Source: the human T2T-CHM13v2.0 reference genome, Homo sapiens. From it: a DNA stretch of 64,000 bases. Position numbers and translations under genes: made by a program. The stretch lies in assembly GCF_009914755.1 (NCBI RefSeq), contig NC_060926.1; one strand, 5' to 3'. Shown piece after piece: positions 1-13,630 of the stretch. Below the pieces are notes generated by a model. It searched no databases. It had not been told where the DNA came from and saw nothing but the letters and a program-made list of their open reading frames with translations. Positions within the stretch are counted from its first letter, which is position 1. The number at the start of each line of letters is the position of its first letter.

Positions 1-411
<411 letters not shown>

Positions 412-703
412 CTAATAAATACATTTATTCTCTTTCAAGACAAGAAATTAGAGTTGCTACTTTCAAATTTGATTCCTGAGGAAAACAACCCACAATATGG
501 GCATGGGGATCAATGAATTGAACATTTGAGCTAGCATTCAGTTTTTAGCAAGGGTGAACTAGAAGAGAATGCTCAAAGTGTAAAACCCTATTTCTTAAGT
601 GGCTTTGGACTGGACTCTTCTATTTTTTTCATCAGAGAAGATCAACTATCTAGTTGTCAGATTTCTGCTGCTTGCTCTTCTATTTTGTTCTTTTCCTCTG
701 ACT

Positions 704-1119
704 TTTATGGTTTAAATGTCGTTTGTCCTGACCAAAACTCATGTTGAGGCTTGGTCTCCAATATAGTGGTATTGGGAAGTGGTGCCTTTAAAAGGTGATT
801 AGGTCATTAAGAGGGATTAATGCCTTTCACATGAGAGTGAGTTCTTGCTGTCAAGGGGCTGAACTAGTTACACTGAGAGGGTATTGTTATAAAACAAGGC
901 TGCCTCTGATGTTTGATCTCTTTGCACATGCCTGCTTCCTCTTCCTCCTCTCCACCATGTTATAATGCAGCAAGAGGCTCTTCCCAGTAGCCAACCAGAT
1001 GCAGCCTCCTGATCTTGGACCTCCCAGCCTCCAGAATTCCAAGCTAAATAAACTTCATTTCTTTGTAAATTACCTAGTCTCAGGTATTATATTATAGCAA
1101 CGGGAAATGAACCATGACA
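704..1119 (+). mobile_element. MaLR solo LTR, MST-type
   Basis: Begins TATGGTTTAAATG..CCAAAACTCATGTTGA; ends AATAAAC..TTCTTTGTAAATTACCTAGTCTCAGGTAT..TTATAGCAAC..ATGAACCATGACA, matching the MST LTR layout (recalled consensus). Confidence 0.85.
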
Positions 1120-2032
1120 CTGATTTTTAATCTCTTTTTCCTTTACCTTTGCTCTCTGAAAGAGTGTGTCAAATCTTTCTTCACAGCCCAGGTTTAATGT
1201 TCTGCAAGGTCAATTTAGCTCTTTATGGCTTAAAGTGATATTTTAAATACTATCATGACATTATTAGTTACCTTACCTTCTTTAGATTTTTTTTTCCCCA
1301 AATGCAGTCAACTCTCTTCCAAAAATATCTTCCTATATCTTATCTTTCATTTTAAGTATTATAAAAGCAAGTGTTCTAAAATGTTTGTTTCTTGGAACAA
1401 ATCTTTATAAAAATACACTCCTCCAGTTTTATCATGCTATCTTGATTTTCTTGCCAAAACTTCAAAGGACTTAACACTGTTTATTTTCTGTATACTTATT
1501 TTTGATAGAAGGCAGGTCTATTTTGATCTGTTATTTGAATAAAAATTAACATGGTACATTTTTCTGAGTCTGCTCACTGTTTAGCTTGACATTTTCTACT
1601 CCTCCTTTTTATGTTATAATAAAAAAGAGATGATATGGATTTATATTAATAGTTTGGTTATTAGGCAGACAGAGAAGGATGAAGAGAAAATTGAGGCATG
1701 AACAGTCCCAAAAGAAGCAGAAGGAAAACGGTACTTTATATATTTGTTGAAGAGACAAAGTTTCCGCATCTAATTTTGCTGTTAACTTAGTGATTGCTTT
1801 TAGGCAGATGACATCATTTTCTTGTTGTCTGCCTGCCAATCTGGGCAAATGTTGTTTTGTTTTAGGAAAATGCCTCTGAGTCAGGATGAATATGTCAGTT
1901 GGTGGGAAGCTGACTGATTGTAACTCCTTTTTGTATGGCCTTATTTATTTCCTCAGCTCAGTGCTTCTGCCTCAGAGGGTTTTATTTATTTATTGATTGA
2001 GGAATCATTGAAACTGACTATAAGGCAAGTAG

Positions 2033-2443
<411 letters not shown>

Positions 2444-2630
2444 TAATTCAGAAAAGTATTTATCACAGTGGGAGGGATGAACCATAGTAGGAAATTAGGG
2501 TTGGTAGAAATTCCTACCTTTTTTTCTATTTGGTGTAGCTTACTCCCAGGTTACTGATGCAATGGTGCAAAGAGTTCCAAGTGGAGTTGTTACTCTCTGT
2601 CTCTTGTCTCTCTTCCTTATAACCCTTAAT

Positions 2631-4778
2631 GATCTGATGGTTTTATCAGGGGAAATCCCTTTCACTTGGCTCTCATTTTCTCTCTTGTCTGCCACCATGT
2701 AAGACATGCCTTTTACCTTCTGCCATGATTGTGAGGCCTCCCCAGCCATGTGGAACTGTGATTCCATTAAATCCTTTTTTCTTCATAAATTACCCAGTCT
2801 CAAGTATGTCTTTATCAGCAGTGTGAAAACAGACGAATACAGTAAATTGGTACCAGGAGAGTGGGGCGCTGCTATAAAGATACCCAAAAATATATATGTA
2901 AGTGACTTTGGAACTGGGTAACAGGCAGAGGCTGGAACAGTTTGGAGGACTCGGAAGAAAACAGGAAAATGTGGGAAAGTTTGGAACCTCCTAAAGACTT
3001 GCTGAATGGCATTGACCAAAATTCTGATAATTATATAGACAATGAAATCCAGGCTGAGGTGGTCTCAGATGAGTAACTTGTTGGGAACTGGAGTAAAGGT
3101 GACACTTGCTATGTTTTAGCAAAGAAACTGGTGGCATTTTGCCCCTGCCCTGGAGATCTGTGGAACTTTGAACTTGATGGAGATGACTTAGGGTATCTGG
3201 CAGAAGAAATTTCTAAGCAGCAAAGCATTTAAGGGTTGACTTGGGTTACAAACTTTCAGTCTCAAAAGAGAAGCACAGCATAAAAGTTCAGAAAATTTGC
3301 AGCCTGATGATACAATAGAAAAGAAAAACCCATTTTCTGAGGAGAAATTCAAGCCTTTAAGCCGGCTGCAGAAATTTGCATAAATAACAAGGAGTCAAAT
3401 GTTAATCACCAAGACAATGGGGAAATGCCTCCAGGGCATGTCATAGACCTTTGCAGCAGCCCCTCCCATCACAAGCCAGGCAGCCTAGGAGGAAAACATG
3501 GTTTCATGGGCTGGGCCCAGGGCCCCCCTGTTGTGTGCAGCCTAGTGACTTGGTGCCCTGCACTTCAGCCATTGCAGCTGCTTTAGCCCTGGCCAAAAGA
3601 GGCCAAGGTACAGCTTGGGTCATGGCTTCAGAAAATGCAAAGCTCAAGCCTTGGCAGCTTTCATGTGGTGTTGAGCCTGTGGGTGCATAAAAGTCAAGAA
3701 TTGAGGTTGGGTAACCTCCGCCTAGATTTCAGAGGATGTATGGAAACACCTGGATGTCCAGGCAGAAGTTTGCTGCAGGGGCGGGGTCCTCATGGAGAAC
3801 CTCTGCTAGTGCAGTGAGATAGGGAAATATGGGGTTGAGGCCCCCACACAGAGCCCCTATTGGGGCACTGCCTAATAGAGCTGTGAGAAGAAGGCCACCG
3901 TCCTCCAGATCCCAGAAAGGTAGATTCACCAACAGCTTATACCATGCACCTAGAAAACTGCAGACACTCAACACCAGCCCATGAAAACAGCTGGGAGGAA
4001 GGCTGTACCCTGCAAAGCCATAGGGGCAAAGCTGCCCAAGACCATGGGAACCCATCTGTTGCATTAGTGTGACCTGGATGTGAGACATGGAGTCAAAGCA
4101 GATCATTCTGGAGCTTTAAGATTTGACTGCTCTGCTGGATTTTTGACTTCTATGAGGCCTGTAGCCCCTTTGTTTAGGCCAATTTCTCCCATTTGGAATG
4201 GCTGTATTCACCCAATGCCTGTACCCCCATTGTATCTAGGAAGTAACTAAGTTGGTTTTGATTTTACAGGCTCATAGGCAGAAGGGACTTGCCTTGTCTC
4301 AGATGAGACTTTGGATTGTGGACTTTTGACTTAATTCTGAAATAAGTTAAGACTTTGGAAGACTGTTGGGAAGGCATAATAGGTTTTAGAATGTGAGGAC
4401 ATGAGATCTGGGAGGTGCCAGAGGTGGAATGATATGGTTTGGCTGTGTCTCCACCCAAATCTCACCTTGAATTCCCATGTGTTGTGGGAGGGACTCAGTG
4501 GGAGATAATTGAATCACGGTCGCAGTTTTCCCCATATTGTCTTCGTGGTAGTGAGTAAGTCTCACAAGATCTGATGGCTTTAAAAGGGGAAACCTCTTTC
4601 ACCTGGCTCTCATTCTCTCTCTGCCTGCCACAAATATAAGATGTGCCTTTCACCTTTTGCCATGATTTTGAGGCCTCCCCAGCAATGTGGAACTGTGAAT
4701 TTATTAAACCTATTTTTCTTTATAAATTACCCAGTCTCAGGTACATCTTTTTCATCAGTGTGAAAACGGACTAATACA
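2631..4778 (+). mobile_element. THE1 (MaLR) element: truncated 5' LTR 2631-2841, internal region 2842-4429, complete 3' LTR 4430-4778
   Basis: Two homologous LTR copies, ending GTGTGAAAACAGACGAATACA and GTGTGAAAACGGACTAATACA; internal part starts GTAAATTGGTACCAG; 3' LTR starts TGATATGGTTTGGCTGTGTC. Subfamily (THE1C-like) uncertain. Confidence 0.95.
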
Positions 4779-5217
4779 AGTAGGTTGTCATTGTACAAGA
4801 GCACTTGTCTGAGTGGAGGCTGAAATCCATACTCCTGCTGCCCAAGCTGTGTGACCTAGAGGAAGAAGCCCTATATAAAAATAATTATAAAGACATGGTT
4901 TATTTGCCCAGTTTGGAGACCTGAGTTATCCTAGAGCAAGTGCCCATTTCTATTCCACGCACAAAAGTTTAGTATGGTCTATTAGTGGTCCGTGCCACAT
5001 TAGGTGAGTTTGTGAACTGTGCTTTCTTGGAAAGGAGAGCATCTTGATGGCTCGCTTTCATCTTATTCTGTCTGGGCCATCTCTGGGAGAAATTTTTTTT
5101 ATGTACTTTGCTTATTTTTCAGCTGGTATGTAAGAGGCATTTGACCCTATTCTTCTGTTCTTACCTCTCTGTGAAGTCCCTACTTTATTAAAGAAAAATG
5201 TATTAAGTGGATAAAAA

Positions 5218-5290
5218 CCTAAAGAAAAGAAAAAAAGAAAGAAAGGAAGAAAGAAGGAAAGAAAAAAGAAAGAAGGAAAGATAGGAAGGA
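5218..5290. repeat. (GAAA/GGAA)n purine-rich low-complexity tract
   Basis: Directly visible. Confidence 0.85.
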
Positions 5291-5339
5291 TATAGTGAAA
5301 TGTCTTTGTACTATTCTTGTCTCCAATTTGCTGAGTTTT

Positions 5340-6440
5340 TTACTCTACTGTCATAAGTAGCCACCTTTAATAGTGTCCTATGTTTGCATCTATAATTTAT
5401 GCATGCACAAACCAATAGAAATATAAATACTTTCTTATTACTCAGTATTCTCTTAAATAGACAGGATATTCTGTATGTGGCTTACATTTGAATTTTTGTT
5501 TTCATCCAACAATGTCTTCAAGGATTTTCAAATTTGCACATCGAATGGCTTTTCATTATTTTGTTCAGCTACGTAATATTCCATTTATGAATAATTCATT
5601 TAACCAGTCAATTCTAGATAAACATTAGAAATGTTTTCAATCAATTGTTCTTACAAACAATGCCATAATAAATAACCTTGTACATTATTCATTTTTGCAC
5701 ATGGCAAATACGTCTGTAGGATAAATTCCTAGAAGCAGAAGAGCTGAGTCAGATGGTATTTAAATTTGTAATATTGATAGATATTGCCAACCTTTCATTC
5801 ATAAGATTTCAGCAGTTCAAATTCCTACCAGTGAAGTTTGAAAATGTTTCCCTAATGACTTACTAGAATAGTGTCTTATCAAGCTTTTAGATTCTACCCA
5901 TGCTGATAGGTGATATTTCAGTGTCATTTTAATTTGCATTTCTGTTAATGTGAATGATATTATCTTTTAATAGGACTGTGAGATATTTATATTTCACTTT
6001 CTGTGAAGTCTGTTTATATCCTTTGCCCATTATTTTGTTGAGTTATTGGTCTTTGATTATTTAAATCAATTTTTAGGAGCATTTCATATTTTAATTTAGC
6101 TCTTTCTCTGTTAAATGAGTTGTAAATACAGTTTTTTAAAAAAGAGTTTGTTTTATGTCTTTTGCCTTTGTTTTTATTTTATTTCAACACATAAAAGTCT
6201 TTTTAAATGTAATCAAATTTATCAGTCTTTTATGGCTTCTGGAATTTGAATGAGATTTTGAAAGAACTCCTTGAAACAAAGTTTATAAAGGAATTCTGCC
6301 ATATTTACTTCTATGATTTAATTATTTCCAAGTAAACCTTTGATTGATTTGGATTTCGTCCTGATATCATCATAAGGTATCATATATAAGGTGGATCATA
6401 TATAAGGGTTCAATTATTTTTCCGGAATGCCACTCACTTT
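5340..6440 (-). mobile_element. Old L1 (L1M-type) 3' portion, antisense
   Basis: GGATAAATTCCTAGAAG..GCTGAGTC, TTTTAATTTGCATTTCT, TTTATATCCTTTGCCCAT, AATCAAATTTATCAGTCTTTT are typical antisense L1 ORF2/3'UTR words. Confidence 0.85.
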
Positions 6441-6559
6441 AATCAAGAGTGAGACACGTATTCCCATGATGAACACTTTTATTTGACTTTGTACTGAAGG
6501 ATAGTCCATAAAATTATACTAAAGACAGACAGCAGTGGTACAAAATTTTAAAGAAAGCT

Positions 6560-7270
6560 ACCAGAAAAAAAAAACACTATTTGTAGATAAGATTTTATAC
6601 CTGGAAAACCCAAGAGAATGAACTGAAAAAGAAACACTAAAACAATAAGAGGTTAAATAAGGTAGTGTGGTAACGGGTTTTTAGACATAAATCAGTAGCT
6701 TTCATATACAAGTAACAACTATGTGCGAGATCTGATAGACAAGATCTCATACAGCAGCAGCATAAAAAATAAAATACCTAGAAATACACTTAATAAAGTA
6801 TGTGCGTAATCTATGTAAAGGAAAGTTTGGGGTACTGTTGAAAGGCAATAAAATACTGCTGAGCAAATTGAAAGATACATTGTATTTTGGACAGGAATAG
6901 TCAATAAAGGTATCATTCTTTCTAAGCTATTTTATGAATTGGCAACCCAATAAAAAGGTTAATGGCATTTTTTTTTGAAATATTCATATTGATGCAAAAG
7001 TATACACGGAAAAATATAAATAGATAGTAAATTTTAAAAAATAAACTTTGAAGGGGAACTAATGCTACCAGATATTAAACTTATTGTAGAGTCTCAGAAC
7101 CTAATGCAGTTTTCTATCAGTGCATAAATAGACAGATTAGAGGAATAAATAGGAAGTTTAGAAATAGACTCCAAATAATAGCGGAAATTTTTTACATGAT
7201 AAGGGTACAGTCTCAACCTAGTGGGAAAAAGATGATGTTGGAACAACTCATATATTTTAAATTGCATGTT
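6560..7270 (+). mobile_element. Old L1 ORF2 fragment, sense
   Basis: CTATTTGTAGAT..ATTTTATACCTGGAAAACCCAAGAGA (degenerate LFADDMILYLENP of RT), AAAATACCTAGAAATACACTTAA, GGGGAACTAATGCTACCAGATATTAAAC. Confidence 0.85.
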
Positions 7271-10200
7271 GTGAATCACCCTATAAACATAGTAAACATT
7301 CTAAAATGCATCACAACAGCCCCACTTTCTGGAAAAGCTAATGAGATTAAAAATGCACTTTACATTCTACTAAACCCAGAACTTCAGCAAAGACATAACT
7401 TATTTCCTGATCCAAAATGAAGTAAGTTACTGAATTCCATCTCTACCAATCAGAACAGAATTTGTATGTACTATATTCTTTTCACATTCCCCAGTGCATA
7501 GGCGTTATAGAGGGGGAGACGAATTAGACTTTTTACAAAGACAAAACATAATACTTTTAACCTCTAGGAGTCATTTATTAAAATTGCCTTTAAACAATGC
7601 ACAGTGCTTCTGGAGAAAACAAGGTGGCATTCTTGAATAATTTCTATCATTCCTGTTTCACTCAATGTAAAGGAAACTCTAGGACGATGGGATAGTTGAC
7701 CTTTATTGTGCTTTCTTCTATGCTCTCACGAAGAACACATCCAAGGCATTGGTAATCCACCAGCATGCAGGATATGCGTGGAGGCAAGCTGTGTGCAGTG
7801 TTGATTGCTTTCATTAGTGCTCAGGAATTCTTAGGGAAGTAGCATGGCTTATAAACGCAGCTCCAGGTTTTTCATCTCCAGGTGTTCTTATTCTAGGCTT
7901 GTTGCTTTATTGCCTTGCTTGCCTAATTTCACTTTCACCCATTTTCTGGTTAAATTTGAATAAAATTTCTTCAGATCTTTTGGAGATATTGGGCAAGAGA
8001 GCTGTGTTGTGTATATTAACTAATTCAGGGTCTTAAAGTCATTTGATTCAGGGTGCAGTATAAAGGCAAAGCAGCATGCACAGTAAAGCAAAATGCTAAT
8101 TATTGCAGGCAATGCAGATGCTGCTTTTATAGGTACCAGATGTGTATCACTTCTCAGTTTCATGGGCTGGCTCCTGGAAAAGAACATGAGGCAGGTGAAT
8201 GGTATAAACTGAGTAAAACAAATCACTTGGGAGAATAAAAACATCCAAGTAAACAGGGCTACAATTATCTTCAGAAAAATTAGAACGCTACTTTCCGAAG
8301 ACATCCAGGTCAAATGGGCAACAAAAAATGTAGCAAAATACCGAGGTCCCCAATTTTTTTGAACACTGATGAATTATACTTTTGTTTGTTTTCTTTATAC
8401 ATTGTTTTATGGTTTAATAAAAGGTTGAAATGCCAATGAGTAGATTTGGACACAATTCAATCTAATGTGTGAGAATTTTTCAAGATAATTTTTTTTTCAA
8501 TGTAGGCTCAGGATTTTAGAGCAAAGTTGGGTATTTAGCTTATACAAATGCATTATGTGCTGTGAATACCAGGTAAACACATAAGTGTTTGTGGAGAAAT
8601 TGAATTGCTTTCAACCAACCACAAGATTAAGTTGATCTCTTAATTAATTAATTTGTATCACACACCCCAAAAGGATATTTCCAGGAGGGACACATCAATT
8701 CAGGATAACAGATTAGAAGGTGACATTTGAAACCACAAAGTGGAAATAGAGATATATGCTAACTACAAGGACAAGTACAGTTGCTCTGAGTAGACATAAA
8801 AATTTCTCTGTGGCTATGTCAAAGGAGAGGGGACCTAAAAAGTTGCATAAAATTTGTTATCAGGATAGAGGGAGCATATCAATTATTCAAATGAGATCAT
8901 TTTAGCATTTTATTCTGAATGCAATTTAATGCATGAGATCTAATAAAGGGATATCCCAGCAATATAATGTACTGTATTTTTGATGACAGTTTTACAAAAA
9001 ATGAAGACGGGATTAGTAAAATAAATTTAGCTCAAATCTGAAAAGTTTAATATCTTATAGAATATGGGAGATACAAAAGAATCTGCCATTTCACAAGTAT
9101 TTAGTGCTAGACTCTTTTATTTGTGGTAGACTTCACTATATTGATATCACAGGGACCCCAAAGTCTAACATGAATGTAAGAATAGACAAAAACAAATATT
9201 CAAGAAGATTCTGAAACCCATCCTATACAGAAATGGTTTATCATTTCAATTAAAAGGGAGCTTTATATTAGGAAAATATCTTGCTTATTTTTTTTCTGAC
9301 AAGCTCCATTATCTACCTCTTTAACTCCATTTTGTCTAGCCTAATTTCATCTATAATATTTAGTACTTCAACTAACCCTTCAAAAAATAGCAGGATACAC
9401 ATGAAGAGCCCATGTTAGTGAATTGGTAATTTCAGGGACAAAATGAAGCACCCACATGCATAATCAGTGAAGGTGGCAAAGGAGATGAATCATCTCTGCA
9501 AACCTCTCCTATGTCCTCCCTCTCTCTCAGCAGATAACCTTGCATCCCATTTCAGAGGAAGTAGAAGCTGTTACTCAGAAATAATCTCTGCTTCTTGCTC
9601 TGCCCCTACTCAGTGCCTGCCTTCCACCCTTGCTCCTTCTCTTCTCTCATCTGGGCCAAAGCATCCCTCTCTTCTTGGATTCTCAACCCCTCTGCCTTCT
9701 CTGAGATCTCCCTTTGTAAATACGTTCCATTCTCTGCTCTTTTCCATTAGTCTTTGTGCTGACGTCTCTAGGAAAAGCAACAGTTACAGAAGAGATGACA
9801 AAGATGATGACAACTCTACTCTTCCACCCAATTTCTTTTTTCCTCTCCCACACAAACCTCCTGACATTTACAGCCCATTTCCACTTTTTCACCTCCCATA
9901 CTCTCCCATACTCTCTTCAGTTTGCTGCCACCTGGCTGTTTCCTTCACTCTGTCTATAAACAGCTCTTGGCAAAGTCACTAATAATGTCCTTGTTGCTAT
10001 ATCCTGTGGGCGCTCCAGACCTTTGTCTTCTGAATCTCAGCAGCAATGGACCTGTACTGCCTTCCTGACATCTTTTCCTCTTTGTTCGGTGAAACATTGT
10101 ACTTCTGACTTCCTGCTGCTCTGACGGCTTGTTCCCAGTTTCCTTTGTGGTCTTTTCTTCTTCCACCAATCTCTTATATTTTTGTGGAATTCTTCTCCCT

Positions 10201-10607
10201 GCTGGCTTTTGTTTGTTTGCACCTAGCACACCCACCATAGAGGTTCTCTATCTACTGCCATGTTTTAATTATTATCTCTCTTGAATTTTAGATTTTCATA
10301 TCCAACTACCTACTGGATATCACCTGCTGGATAAACATTGGGCCGCCTACATAGAGCATGTCCAGGCCTGAACTTGTGTCTTGCCTCTAACTTGCTCCTT
10401 CTGTATGTCCTGTGCTACCCCTCCACCCAAAAATGCAGGAAGCATTCTTGACTTCCCCCTTTCTGTCAACCCCACCCCCAGCCAGTCACTAACTTCTGTC
10501 GTTTTTGCCTCCTCAATATCTCTCAAATATCTACTATTCTGGATCAAGCAGTGACAATCTCTCACCTGGATTACTTCTAGCACCTCCTTGTCTCCCTGCC
10601 TGTGGCC

Positions 10608-10835
10608 TTTTATTTTATTCATTTTTTTTGAGATGGAGTCTTGCTCTGTCACCCAGCCTGGGGTAAAGTGGCACAATTTTGGCCTGTCACCACGCCCGGC
10701 TAATTTTTGTATTTTTTAGTAGAGATGCGGTTTCACCATATTGGCCAGGCTGGTCTCGAACTCCTGACCTCATGATCCACCTGCCTCGGCCTCCCAAAGT
10801 GCTGAGATTACAGGCATGAGCTGCCGTGCCCGGCT
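10608..10835 (-). mobile_element. Alu (AluS-type) with ~80-bp internal deletion
   Basis: GTGGCACAATTTTGGC joins directly to CTGTCACCACGCCCGGCTAA; the usual TCACTGCAACC...GATTACAGGC segment is missing. Confidence 0.93.
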
Positions 10836-10868
10836 GGCCTTGTTCTTTCTAATTGGTTCTCCTCGTAG

Positions 10869-11882
<1,014 letters not shown>

Positions 11883-12219
11883 GCCACCATGCCTGGATAA
11901 TTTTTGTATTTTTAGTAGAAATGGGGGGTTTTGCCCTGTTGCCCAGGCTAGTCTCAGACTCCTGGGCTCAAATTTTCTGCCCACCTTGGCCACGCAAGGT
12001 GCTGTGATGAAAGTCTTGAGCCACTGCCCCCAGCCAAATAGTCATTTTTATGCTTAAAAACCTTCAAAGGCTCATTCTCTCATGAAGTAGTTCCAACTCC
12101 TTGATAGGGCTCATCAGACCCTTCATGATATTGTTCTTAATTTTTCTTTAGCCTCAACTTTTAGGTATGTCTACGAGCCATAGGGAAGTTATTTCACTTC
12201 CCCAACATATGGGTACAAA

Positions 12220-12450
12220 GTTTGTAGTTAGGAGCCCAGACTTTGGCACCAGACTATAGGGGTTCAAATTTCAGCTTTGTCACTTAATAACATCATGACC
12301 CCAGCCTGCTTACTTAATTGCTCCCTCTCAGTTTTCCCATCTATAAAATCAGATGATAATAGAATTATTGTGAGGCTTAAATGAGTCAAGGAGTATAAAA
12401 CACTCAGAGCAATGCTGGGGTATAACTGATATTCGGCAAACATCACCCAC
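12220..12450 (+). mobile_element. MIR
   Basis: GGGTTCAAATTTCAGCTTTGTCACTTA...CTCAGTTTTCCCATCTATAAAAT...TTGTGAGGCTTAAATGAG. Confidence 0.85.
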
Positions 12451-13260
12451 TATCAATATTGCCACCAGTTCTAGGCACTGAAAAGACTGTGGGACCTCAC
12501 TTTTGTGATTCAAAATAAAAACAATTCAAGACTGTAAAATACATTTCAGCCAGTAAGTCAGCCTAAGAAAGGAGTGATTTTTTTTCAATGATTTTTACTT
12601 TGATCTGTTTTGAAAACGCTAGATTGAAAAATAGAAATAGAACTTTTGTTGCTTGTGCTTTGTTGGTGAATTGACCCTGTGTTCAGTCTGGTTCTCTGTT
12701 CCAGAAAATGCTTTTCCCTCTTTCTAGGACACTCTTCCAACTTCTCACTGACTCTTCTTGGCATGTTCTTTTCCTCATTTAGGTCTCATGTTACAAGTTA
12801 GTTCTTCTCAAAGGTTGTCCTAGACCTGGAATCTGACCTAGTCCCTGATTACAAACTCTCTTCTCATTCTATATTCCCCCAGTATGACACTTCCTGTTCT
12901 GTGTCATAAATTCCATGTCATAATTTCCCCTTTACCGTATCTCGCATTATAATGCTATCACCACAAAGACAAGACCACTTCTATCTTGTTCACATTATTT
13001 TCCTTCTCTGCATAGCATAGCATGTGCTCAGTGAATCAGAGACTGACTAAGCATCAGAAACCTCACTTGCCTTTAGACATCATCTCACTAGTACAGAAAT
13101 AATTCTGTGTAAGAGTATATTTACCTTTTATAAAATACTATTTGTTTTTTTTTCTTCTGACATGATGACTCTGCCTTCAGCATCACTCATAACCCAAAGA
13201 ACTACTAAGTTGCTCTTTGCTGTTTTCAAATTCAAATAACAAAAATGAGATAATGAGTCT

Positions 13261-13630
<370 letters not shown>

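Noticed and set aside
3451-4458. ORFs in the THE1 internal region
   Set aside because: Short fragments of the decayed MaLR internal sequence; no long intact frame.
9467-9982. Longest ORF in the track (171 aa, Ser/Pro/Leu-rich)
   Set aside because: Lies in a pyrimidine-rich L2 remnant, starts at GTG, low complexity.
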